Virus record (IMG/VR): IMGVR_UViG_3300023202_000247
Location: 257,462 to 321,461 of that record
Length of the DNA: 64,000 bases
Strand: one strand, 5' to 3'
Each line of letters opens with the position of its first letter. The first letter of the stretch is position 1. Positions 40,245-48,732 of this stretch are shown piece by piece. The notes beneath the pieces are model-generated. The model worked only from the letters and a program-made list of their open reading frames with translations, had not been told where the DNA came from and did no database searches. Both the position numbers and the translations under genes were made by a program.

Positions 40245-40807
40245 GTTTAGTTATTGCTGCTATGGGTAGATGTGGTTCTACCATGCTTTTTTCTACACTA
40301 AAGAGAAAGTTTTACAAAGCCATATTTGAAAAAGATTTAGCATCATCGTATGCTGATGGTTTAATCATCAAGACTCACGACTTTGCACCTAAACAATTGA
40401 AAAACTGTAAAGTTATTTATCTATTTGGAGATCCTAGAAATATAGTTCTTTCAGCTCATACTAAAGGTAAAATTGATAGGAGAAGACATTATAGAAACAT
40501 GCATGCTCCTTTCAAAGAAGAATTTTTGCAGAATGATACATTTGTAATTAAAGATACTTTGAGGCTGGAAGATAATTTTGATTCATGGTATAAAAAACAA
40601 TCATTTCCTTTGTTGACTCTTAGATACGAAACTCTTTATGATAATCGAGACGTGTTGAAACAATTTTTGGGATTTCCTCCTATGTTGCCAAAACCCAGAA
40701 ACAGAACGACGAACTGGGAAAAGTTTCCCAGAGCTAACAGGTTGGACAAAACATATGCAGGTCTTTTGAAAAAAATAGAAGAGGCTGAAGATGCAAAAAT
40801 TTGGTAA
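40241..40807 (+). CDS. Sulfotransferase-like protein (P-loop)
   Basis: GRCGSTML, IKTHD, YLFGDPRNIVLS, LRYETL; start refined to 40241 after AAGGAG. Confidence 0.7.
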   Translation: MSLVIAAMGRCGSTMLFSTLKRKFYKAIFEKDLASSYADGLIIKTHDFAPKQLKNCKVIYLFGDPRNIVLSAHTKGKIDRRRHYRNMHAPFKEEFLQNDTFVIKDTLRLEDNFDSWYKKQSFPLLTLRYETLYDNRDVLKQFLGFPPMLPKPRNRTTNWEKFPRANRLDKTYAGLLKKIEEAEDAKIW

Positions 40808-40811
40808 CGCT

Positions 40812-40823
40812 GATATATAAATA
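40812..40823 (+). promoter_or_regulatory. Putative late promoter GATATATAAATA
   Basis: Identical to 8066-8077; ends 3 nt before the gmd ATG; no RBS present. Confidence 0.55.
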
Positions 40824-40826
40824 AGC

Positions 40827-41825
40827 ATGCAAAATGCTATTATCACTGGTATAACTGGGCAAACCGGTTCATACCTAGCCAAAATTTTATTAGATAAAAA
40901 TTACAAAGTGTATGGTGTTGTTAGAAGAAGTAGTAACTTCAATACTCAACGCATAGACGATGTCTATGACCACCATAATTTAGAGTTGGTATATGGAGAC
41001 CTAGCTGATTATTCTTCGATTACCAGTATAGTAAATGATGTTAAACCGGATTTATTTTTCAACATGGCGGCAATGAGCCATGTGAGAGTATCATTCGACA
41101 TTCCAGAATACACAATGGATGTTACTGGAACTGGTGTGATTAGATGTTTGGAAGCGATACGTCGCAATAGTCCTAATACACGTTTTTTGCAGGCATCATC
41201 ATCCGAAATGTTTGGTAGCTCTCCACCTCCTCAAAATGAAGAAACTCCTTTTCATCCTCGTTCACCGTACGCCGTTGCAAAAGTTGCTGGATATCATGCT
41301 ACTGTAAATTATAGAGAAGCATATGATATGTTTGCAAGCAATGCAATAAGTTACAATCATGAGAGTCCATTTCGAGGGGAGACATTTGTAACTCGTAAAA
41401 TAACAAGAGCCGCTACTAGAATAAAATGTGGGTTACAAGATAAATTGTATCTTGGAAACTTATCGGCAAAAAGAGATTGGTCTCATGCTAAAGATGTTGC
41501 AAATGCCATGTATATGATTTTAACTTCTGATAAGCCAGATGATTATTGTATAGCTTCTGGTTATATGTACAGCGTCGAGGAATTTGTCGAGAAGGTATTT
41601 TCTAGTTTAGAGTTAAATTGGAAAGATTATGTAGAAATTGATCCTCGTTATTTTCGCCCGACTGAGGTTGATGCTTTGTGTGGAGATTCCAGTAAATTGC
41701 GAAAAAATCTAGGATGGGAACTGGAGTATGATTTTGATTCTCTGGTCAAAGAGATGGTTGATGAGGATATGAAATCTGCACAGAAAGAAAAACTCGTATT
41801 AGATTATGAGAAAGGTGACGGTTGA
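40827..41825 (+). CDS. gmd: GDP-mannose 4,6-dehydratase
   Basis: ITGITGQTGSYLA, AAMSHVRVSF, QASSSEMFG, RSPYAVAK, NHESPFRGETFVTRKIT. Confidence 0.97.
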   Translation: MQNAIITGITGQTGSYLAKILLDKNYKVYGVVRRSSNFNTQRIDDVYDHHNLELVYGDLADYSSITSIVNDVKPDLFFNMAAMSHVRVSFDIPEYTMDVTGTGVIRCLEAIRRNSPNTRFLQASSSEMFGSSPPPQNEETPFHPRSPYAVAKVAGYHATVNYREAYDMFASNAISYNHESPFRGETFVTRKITRAATRIKCGLQDKLYLGNLSAKRDWSHAKDVANAMYMILTSDKPDDYCIASGYMYSVEEFVEKVFSSLELNWKDYVEIDPRYFRPTEVDALCGDSSKLRKNLGWELEYDFDSLVKEMVDEDMKSAQKEKLVLDYEKGDG

Positions 41826-42745
41826 GATTACTGATAACTGGAAGTGGCGGATTTCTTGGTAAAAATGTCGTACCAAAATTTGCCAAAGAACAAAGTGTAA
41901 CGCTATTGACACCTCGTAGCCGGGAACTCGATCTTCTCGACCAAAGCTCTACGATGGTGTATTTCGAGCGTGAGCGGCCTGATGTAGTTTTGCACATGGC
42001 GGCTGTTTGCGGTGGTATCAAAGCAAATATGAAAGCGCCCGCGGACTTCATTCATCTCAATTCAGAGATGACTATAAATATATTTAACGCAATTAAAAAA
42101 TTTGATGTAAAATCTCTCTACACTTTAGGTTCAGTTTGCTCTTATCCTTGTCATACACCGGTTCCATTTAAAGAGAAAAACATTTGGAATGGTTATCCTG
42201 AAGCAACAAATGCTCCATATGGAATTGCAAAGAGATTGCAAATGGAGATGCAAAAGCAGTATGCAGATCAATATGGGTTGAAAGGTGCACATCTCATACC
42301 TGTTAACTTGTTTGGGCCTCAGGACCTATTCGATTTAGAAAATAGTCACGTTATTCCAGCTTTGATAAACAAATTCGTTACAGCTGTTAAAAATAACAAA
42401 CAGTCTGTAGAGTTGTGGGGTAGTGGGCAGGCGACTAGAGAGTTTTTGTATGTCGAAGATTGTGCACATGCGCTTCATAAAGCTGTCATGCTAGAATTAG
42501 ATTATCCAGAACCAATAAACCTCGGAACTGGAGAATCAATAAAAATAATTGATCTGGCAAATATAATAGCTGATATAGTAAAATATAGGGGTAATATAGT
42601 TACTACTGGTGATGTTAATGACGGGCAGCCTTTGAGGCAGCTCGACGTTTCACGTGCATATGAAACATTTGGTTTTCGTGCGCGAACCAGTTTGAGAGAA
42701 GGTTTGGAAAAAACCATAAAATGGTATGAGGAAAATTATGAGTGA
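41822..42745 (+). CDS. fcl: GDP-L-fucose synthase (epimerase-reductase)
   Basis: GSGGFLG, HMAAVCGGI.AN...P, YGIAK, NLFGP.D.FD...SHVIPALI, REFLYVED. Confidence 0.93.
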   Translation: MRLLITGSGGFLGKNVVPKFAKEQSVTLLTPRSRELDLLDQSSTMVYFERERPDVVLHMAAVCGGIKANMKAPADFIHLNSEMTINIFNAIKKFDVKSLYTLGSVCSYPCHTPVPFKEKNIWNGYPEATNAPYGIAKRLQMEMQKQYADQYGLKGAHLIPVNLFGPQDLFDLENSHVIPALINKFVTAVKNNKQSVELWGSGQATREFLYVEDCAHALHKAVMLELDYPEPINLGTGESIKIIDLANIIADIVKYRGNIVTTGDVNDGQPLRQLDVSRAYETFGFRARTSLREGLEKTIKWYEENYE

Positions 42746-44237
42746 TGATAAAAATAAGACCTTGGCGGATAAATTGGCAGCTAAGATGCTTGAAAAGGAC
42801 ATTATAACAAAGTCAAAGTTTGAAGAGCAGGTTGTTGCTTTTTCTAGTTGGCCAAAAGAAACGTTGCAAAAAATTGAATCTTTTTTGTTTGACGGTAAGT
42901 CTAGTGATACCGGTGGAGTGGTAATCAATACAGGAACAGATGATAAAGATAAAGCATCTTTAAAAGTTTCTGATTCTGGTGCCACTGTAGAGGCCGACAA
43001 AATTGATTTTTTTACCATCAAATTTGATTCGGATGGAAACATAGTATCTAAATTTCCAGTTATGAGCAGGGAACAAGAATACAAGCTCATAGAGCGTTTC
43101 AAAAATGCATTAAGAGAACAACAAGAGTTACATTATGGTTCATCGGTTGAAGATGGCAGTTCTTTAAAAGATGTAGATATTCCAAAGCGTATAAAAAATT
43201 TGGTAAAAGATTCTTCTAGGAAGGCTGAGTTTAAAAATGATGACGAACTATATGATAAGTTTTCTTTAGCTGAGTTGAAAGATTTAAAAGAGAAACTTTC
43301 TTTAGCTGAGTTGAAAGGTTTAAAAGAGAAACTTTCTTTGAATGATTTGAAAGAGATGAAAGATCCTGAACTTACTGAAACGCCTCTTGGCGATGCTAAA
43401 AAATACTTGGGTGATAAATCTTATACGCTTAAAGATGTTGATGATGGTAGAGTTATCAAACGAACTCTCAATTGGGAGTCTGATGCCAAGTGGTTCAAAA
43501 ATCAATACCCTGGAGCATTCAGACGTTCCGATAATGGTGTTGCAAAAACTAGTAGCGAAGCAGTTGCTGGTATCGCCATTAAACCCGGTGAGCCATCACG
43601 ATATGTAGTTGTTAATGGTGAAAAGAAAAGGGAAATTAAACTAACGCCTGATAAAATGAAAGAGTCAAAATCGAAAACAATTGGTAAAAGCCGTGGTAGT
43701 TTGAGAAATGTTCAATCTGAAAGCGAATATAAAAAACGTGAAAATGAGCTAAAACAATCACTATCACAATGTGACGTTAAAGAGGTACAAGACGCTATTG
43801 ATGACTTAAACCAAGTCGACCCTGTTCAAAAACATATTCAATCAGTATCAAACGGAAATAATCTTACTGATATTCTAGAAAGTGATGAAGACTTTAAAGA
43901 TTTGTTGAAAGATTATTCATTTTTAGATGAGCAGAAAAATACAACTAATCTTTTAGAAAAGCTTGAAGAGAAGATTGTTGAAGCAACTCGTGTTGAACTA
44001 AAGGCGAAACGTGAGTTATTTTTGTTAAATCGTGCATTGGAAGCCTCTTATGTTGCGGCTGAAAAAGAACCAGTTACGCTTGAGTTGCCCAAGCCTGTTG
44101 AAGTAAAACCAACATCTAAACAGTTTTTGGATACTTTCAAAGACATAACTGAAAGCGTTTTGGGTAAAGAATATCATTCTGGAGATGATTGGGAAAAGAT
44201 TTATAATAGAAACAGATTAAGGCATATCAGAAAATAA
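42738..44237 (+). CDS. Hypothetical charged, low-complexity protein with a 12-aa tandem repeat
   Basis: 500-codon ORF after GAGGA; D/E/K-rich; contains SLAELKDLKEKL repeat. Confidence 0.7.
   Translation: MSDDKNKTLADKLAAKMLEKDIITKSKFEEQVVAFSSWPKETLQKIESFLFDGKSSDTGGVVINTGTDDKDKASLKVSDSGATVEADKIDFFTIKFDSDGNIVSKFPVMSREQEYKLIERFKNALREQQELHYGSSVEDGSSLKDVDIPKRIKNLVKDSSRKAEFKNDDELYDKFSLAELKDLKEKLSLAELKGLKEKLSLNDLKEMKDPELTETPLGDAKKYLGDKSYTLKDVDDGRVIKRTLNWESDAKWFKNQYPGAFRRSDNGVAKTSSEAVAGIAIKPGEPSRYVVVNGEKKREIKLTPDKMKESKSKTIGKSRGSLRNVQSESEYKKRENELKQSLSQCDVKEVQDAIDDLNQVDPVQKHIQSVSNGNNLTDILESDEDFKDLLKDYSFLDEQKNTTNLLEKLEEKIVEATRVELKAKRELFLLNRALEASYVAAEKEPVTLELPKPVEVKPTSKQFLDTFKDITESVLGKEYHSGDDWEKIYNRNRLRHIRK
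43261..43362 (+). repeat. 36-bp coding tandem repeat, two near-perfect copies plus one degenerate copy
   Basis: TTTCTTTAGCTGAGTTGAAAG(A/G)TTTAAAAGAGAAAC at 43261 and 43297; degenerate copy from 43333. Confidence 0.9.
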
Positions 44238-44257
44238 TAGACTCAAGTAAATAATTA

Positions 44258-45226
44258 ATGAGTAAGAAAAAGAAAATACTAGTAACTGGTTCGTGTGGTT
44301 TCATATTTAGTAACTTTATGCGATATGCAATCACACAACATGATGTGAATTACAAATTCATAAGCGTTGACAAAGTTAAAAGTTCACGTGTGATGTACAA
44401 TGTATTCTCAAATAAAAATCACACGTTCCACATTGGTGATGTTGCGGATTCGCACTTCATGGATGTAGTATTTCAAGTTGAAGAACCTGATATAGTAATT
44501 CACGCGGCAGCTGAAAGTTTCGTGGATAGTTCTATAAAAAATGCGGACCCGTTTATTCATTCCAATGTTCGTGGAACACAAACTGTTATCGATGCTTGTG
44601 TAAAGTGGGGCGTGGAACGTTTAGTATATATTTCATCAGATGAGATATATGGACAACTAACTAGTGAAGACGATCCTCCATGGCCCGAAACTGCACCAAT
44701 GAATCCACGAAATCCATATAGTGCAACAAAAGCCGCAGGAGAGTTGTTGGTCAAAGCGGCTCATCAAACACATGGATTGAATTATAATATAACTCGTTGT
44801 TGTAATAATTATGGTCCAAGACAAGATCCTGAAAAGTTTCTTCCAAAGATAATTAAATGTGTTATCAACAATGAAAAGATACCAGTTTATGGTCAAGGTA
44901 GACAGGTAAGAGATTGGCTATATGTAAGTGATAATTGTAGGGCTGTTCTTGATATATTAGAAAAAGGAGCTATAAACGAAACTTATAATATTGCAGCTAA
45001 TCAAGAATATTCTAATATAGAAATCTGTCAACTAGTATGCAATGCGCTTGGTAAAGGACATGATTTGATTGAATTTGTCGAGGATAGACCAGGACATGAC
45101 TTTCGTTATAGTGTTGATTGTACAAAATTGAAAGGTATCGGTTGGGAGCCTGAATTCAAGTTCAAACAGGGATTGGAAGAGACTGCCAAGTGGTATATAA
45201 ATAACAAAAGTTGGTTTTTGAAGTGA
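44258..45226 (+). CDS. rmlB: dTDP-glucose 4,6-dehydratase
   Basis: VTGSCGFIFSNF, HAAAESFVDSSI, SSDEIYG, PRNPYSATK, RCCNNYGPRQDPEKFLP. Confidence 0.93.
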   Translation: MSKKKKILVTGSCGFIFSNFMRYAITQHDVNYKFISVDKVKSSRVMYNVFSNKNHTFHIGDVADSHFMDVVFQVEEPDIVIHAAAESFVDSSIKNADPFIHSNVRGTQTVIDACVKWGVERLVYISSDEIYGQLTSEDDPPWPETAPMNPRNPYSATKAAGELLVKAAHQTHGLNYNITRCCNNYGPRQDPEKFLPKIIKCVINNEKIPVYGQGRQVRDWLYVSDNCRAVLDILEKGAINETYNIAANQEYSNIEICQLVCNALGKGHDLIEFVEDRPGHDFRYSVDCTKLKGIGWEPEFKFKQGLEETAKWYINNKSWFLK

Positions 45227-45245
45227 CCTTAAAAATGGAGAATGA

Positions 45246-46625
45246 ATGTCAACAAAAAGTGAAAAAGTAAAATCTGATGAGTCTTTGGTTGATGATGTTT
45301 CTGACGAGAACATCGAGGTCAGCGATGATGACTTAGAACAGCAGAAAATGGAAAAGTTAAAAGCAAAATTAAAAGCAAAAGAAGACAGTGAAAAGAAAAC
45401 AGAAGAGGGTACAGTGCCACCAAAAATAGTTGAGCCAAAAAAGCAAAGCATACGATTTGGAATTATCGGATCGGGTCAAGGTGGCTCCAGACTCGCAGAA
45501 GTATTTTATAAACTTGGTTATGATTCAATTGCTGTAAACACAGCTTCACAAGATTTACAAGGCATTGAAATGCCAGACTCCAATAAGCTTTTGCTTTCAT
45601 ATGGTCTGGGTGGTGCCGGCAAAGAGCTTGATATTGGATATGAGGCCGCTGAAGCTCATCGTGCGGCTATCAATGAGCTTGTCTATAACAAACTAAACGA
45701 TGCAGAACTTTTGGTATTTTGCACCTCATTGGGTGGTGGTTCTGGTGCGGGTTCTGCTGAAGTTATCGTTGATATTTTATCCAAATTGGATCGTCCAGTT
45801 TGTGTAATTACCATTTTACCAATGAGCACGGATGACCCTCAAACTAAAGACAACGCAATCAAGACGTTGACAAAGTTTACAAATATGGTTAATTCTAGTG
45901 CAATTGATAATCTAATTGTTGTGGATAATGCAAGAATTGAAACTATATATAGTGATGTTGGTCCATTGAATTTCTTCAATGTTTCTAATAAAGCTATTGT
46001 TGAGCCAATTGATAAGTTCAATACCCTGTCTCACATGGCATCTTCAGTAAAGCCATTGGATCCAACTGAGTTTGGAAAATTATTTACCGATGGTCGCGGG
46101 TTGACTATTTACGGTATGATGAAGGTTTATGATTTTGAAGAAGATACAGCTATTGCTGAGGCGGTGGTCGAAAACATGAGCGGAAGCTTACTGGCAAGTG
46201 GTTTTGATTTAAAGCAGGCTCGTTATGCTGGGGCAATTTTTACAGCACCGCGCAGAGTATGGGATAAGATTCCAAATGCTAGTGTTAACTATGCAAAAAG
46301 TATGGTTAATGATGTTTGCGGAAATCCAATTGGAACGTTCCATGGAATCTATGAGGTAGATGATGATGAAGATTGTGTCCGAGTATACTCTATGTTTTCG
46401 GGTCTCGGTCTGCCCGATGACCGTATCAAACAGCTTCGAGAAGATGCTAAAGAACGCATGGCTCAGGCAGCTGAAAAGGATGAGCATCGCAAGTTGACAT
46501 TGAAAATTGATGCTCAAGAAGAAACTGTTAGTGCAGCAGATGCTATAAAGAAAAAGATTGAGCGTAAAAAGAGCAAGTTTGGTAAGTTGCACAGTCGGGC
46601 TGTACAAGATAGACGAAAGAAGTAA
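45246..46625 (+). CDS. Tubulin/FtsZ-family GTPase (PhuZ/TubZ/CetZ-like)
   Basis: GSGQGGSRLA (T1), AVNTA.QDL, GGAGK, SLGGGSGAG (signature loop), LIVVDNARI (T7). Confidence 0.9.
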   Translation: MSTKSEKVKSDESLVDDVSDENIEVSDDDLEQQKMEKLKAKLKAKEDSEKKTEEGTVPPKIVEPKKQSIRFGIIGSGQGGSRLAEVFYKLGYDSIAVNTASQDLQGIEMPDSNKLLLSYGLGGAGKELDIGYEAAEAHRAAINELVYNKLNDAELLVFCTSLGGGSGAGSAEVIVDILSKLDRPVCVITILPMSTDDPQTKDNAIKTLTKFTNMVNSSAIDNLIVVDNARIETIYSDVGPLNFFNVSNKAIVEPIDKFNTLSHMASSVKPLDPTEFGKLFTDGRGLTIYGMMKVYDFEEDTAIAEAVVENMSGSLLASGFDLKQARYAGAIFTAPRRVWDKIPNASVNYAKSMVNDVCGNPIGTFHGIYEVDDDEDCVRVYSMFSGLGLPDDRIKQLREDAKERMAQAAEKDEHRKLTLKIDAQEETVSAADAIKKKIERKKSKFGKLHSRAVQDRRKK

Positions 46626-46631
46626 TTTGTC

Positions 46632-48113
46632 ATGACTGTTACTATCATTCACGGTAGAAGCAGTTGCCAGGTGCGAGGGCTCGATGATTACGATATAATC
46701 AAAGAACTGGAAGAAGAGCTGTCGTTTGTGCTTCAAGGTGCTGAGCACATGAACCTTTTTAAAGGTTTTGAAAAGGACGGTAAATTCACGAAGTGGGACG
46801 GGGTTGTCAGCTTATTGAGCGGCAACCTTCGTTTTGCTCCGGGACTATTGTCACGAGTTGAAAGGTTTTTTCGAGAACGTGATATAGATTATGTCGTTGA
46901 GGACAACCGTCCGCGACTGACAACTGGACAAAGAATAGACATATTACCGAAGCTGAAGGCTAGTGGTAAAACGCCTTATCCTTATCAATTAGATGCAGTA
47001 AAAAAAGCTGTCTCTGTTGAGCGTGGAATTATTCGTATCGGAACTGGGGGCGGCAAAACTGTCGTAGCCGCCCTTATCGTAGCGGAGATTGGTAAGCCGG
47101 CAGTTGTTTATGTTATTGGCAAAGATCTCTTATATCAAATTCGATCTTTATTTCAGTCGTTGTTTGATGAGCCAATTGGAATCATTGGTGATGGCAAATG
47201 TGAGATTCACAGAATAAACATTGCAACGATTTGGTCGATAGGCACCGCTCTCGGGTTGCGCAAACAAAAACGGGTCGAGGGCGAGGAAAAAGAGAAGCCT
47301 CCTCCGAAGGAGCATCATAAAGATATCAAGAAAATGTTGGCTCATACTGGCGTTCACATTCTAGATGAATGTCATCTTGCAGCTTGTGATACGGTACAGG
47401 GTATTTTTAAAACAGTTTGTACCGAACATATTTACGGTATGAGCGCTTCTCCTTGGAGAGATGATGGTGCGGATCTCTTGATTGAGAATTATCTTGGGGA
47501 GAAGATTGTAGATATTGGGGCAAAATATCTTATAGATAACGGGTATTTGGTTAAACCAACGATACGATTTCTCCCAGTAAAACCTCATCCATATAAATCA
47601 ACCAAAAGTTACAAGAGGATATACTCGCAATATATCGTAAATAATCCTCATAGAAATGCGATGGTTATAAAGGCCGCTCAGAGGCTCGTAGAACAGGGTT
47701 TCAAGACTTTGGTACTCTTTCACACCATAAGCCACGGAAAAGCTTTATATAATGAACTGTCCAAGACTATACCGTGTGAAATTCTAAGTGGAAAAGATAA
47801 TTCTGACGAACGTGAGCGTGTGAAGAAGCGTTTGGAAGATGGGGAGATAAGTTTAGTACTTGCTTCTAAGATTTTCGATATTGGAGTTGATCTTCCCATC
47901 TTGAACGCACTCGTTACAGCTGGAGGCGGCAAGTCTTCCGTAAGAGCGCTTCAACGAATCGGTCGAGTAATCCGCCGCGCGCCGAATAAAGAAATGGCGG
48001 CTGTGATCGATTTTGCCGATCAAGCTCCATATTTGTTCTCGCATAGCGAGGCACGAAGAGATATTTACTCGCAGGAATTTGAAGTCAAATGGCCAAAAAA
48101 ACAAGAACCTTAA
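46632..48113 (+). CDS. Superfamily 2 DNA helicase (UvsW-like)
   Basis: YPYQ, GTGGGKT, DECH, SASP, IFDIGVDLP, QRIGRVIR. Confidence 0.9.
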   Translation: MTVTIIHGRSSCQVRGLDDYDIIKELEEELSFVLQGAEHMNLFKGFEKDGKFTKWDGVVSLLSGNLRFAPGLLSRVERFFRERDIDYVVEDNRPRLTTGQRIDILPKLKASGKTPYPYQLDAVKKAVSVERGIIRIGTGGGKTVVAALIVAEIGKPAVVYVIGKDLLYQIRSLFQSLFDEPIGIIGDGKCEIHRINIATIWSIGTALGLRKQKRVEGEEKEKPPPKEHHKDIKKMLAHTGVHILDECHLAACDTVQGIFKTVCTEHIYGMSASPWRDDGADLLIENYLGEKIVDIGAKYLIDNGYLVKPTIRFLPVKPHPYKSTKSYKRIYSQYIVNNPHRNAMVIKAAQRLVEQGFKTLVLFHTISHGKALYNELSKTIPCEILSGKDNSDERERVKKRLEDGEISLVLASKIFDIGVDLPILNALVTAGGGKSSVRALQRIGRVIRRAPNKEMAAVIDFADQAPYLFSHSEARRDIYSQEFEVKWPKKQEP

Positions 48114-48730
48114 CACTCGTCCCCGATAAAGTAAAAAGGCCCAGCGGGCTCAAAAAAGATGGTACACCAAACTTACATTGGAAAAAGTTTGAAAACCGAT
48201 TGCGCACTTACTCTAAAGTTCCGCTAGAAGATTGGAAAGAGACAGAAGTACTAGCCTATATTCTTGATCGTTACGAAAAAGAATACGAAATTAATTTTAC
48301 ATTGTCATATAGCGGACCACCAACCAAATGTGGTGAAATGTATTGCACACGGCGCATGATTGCAACTTTGGGAACTGAAGACCCAACCATTCTCAAAGAA
48401 TACATAGATTGGGTCTATGATGATGTTATCAAAGTTCAAAAGTTACAACTTGAAAGTTTAGCCTTCTTTTTTACAGCTTCTCTTTGTAGAAAGTTCAAAA
48501 CCGTTTACAGACAACGTAACAAGATTACAAAAGATACAAAGCTCAAAGATGAGTTTGTAAGTATCGTAACTGATAATGGTTTTGATGCCGAAACGTATGG
48601 AGACTTGGCATTTATGAAAATGGCCGTCGATACGGATTCAGAACGAGATGACGCTGAACAAATTACGATGTTACTCGATCAGCTGAAACAAAATGGATTG
48701 AATATAGATGTTTTAGATAGATTGGAATAA
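48089..48730 (+). CDS. Hypothetical protein (replication module)
   Basis: 213-aa ORF between helicase and DnaC-like genes. Confidence 0.6.
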   Translation: MAKKTRTLTLVPDKVKRPSGLKKDGTPNLHWKKFENRLRTYSKVPLEDWKETEVLAYILDRYEKEYEINFTLSYSGPPTKCGEMYCTRRMIATLGTEDPTILKEYIDWVYDDVIKVQKLQLESLAFFFTASLCRKFKTVYRQRNKITKDTKLKDEFVSIVTDNGFDAETYGDLAFMKMAVDTDSERDDAEQITMLLDQLKQNGLNIDVLDRLE

Positions 48731-48732
48731 TT

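Noticed and set aside
21530-45226. Captured host O-antigen/capsule locus (chromosomal sequence)
   Set aside because: No flippase, polymerase, chain-length regulator or initiating transferase recognised; phage-like compaction and the same ATATAT element as the structural genes.
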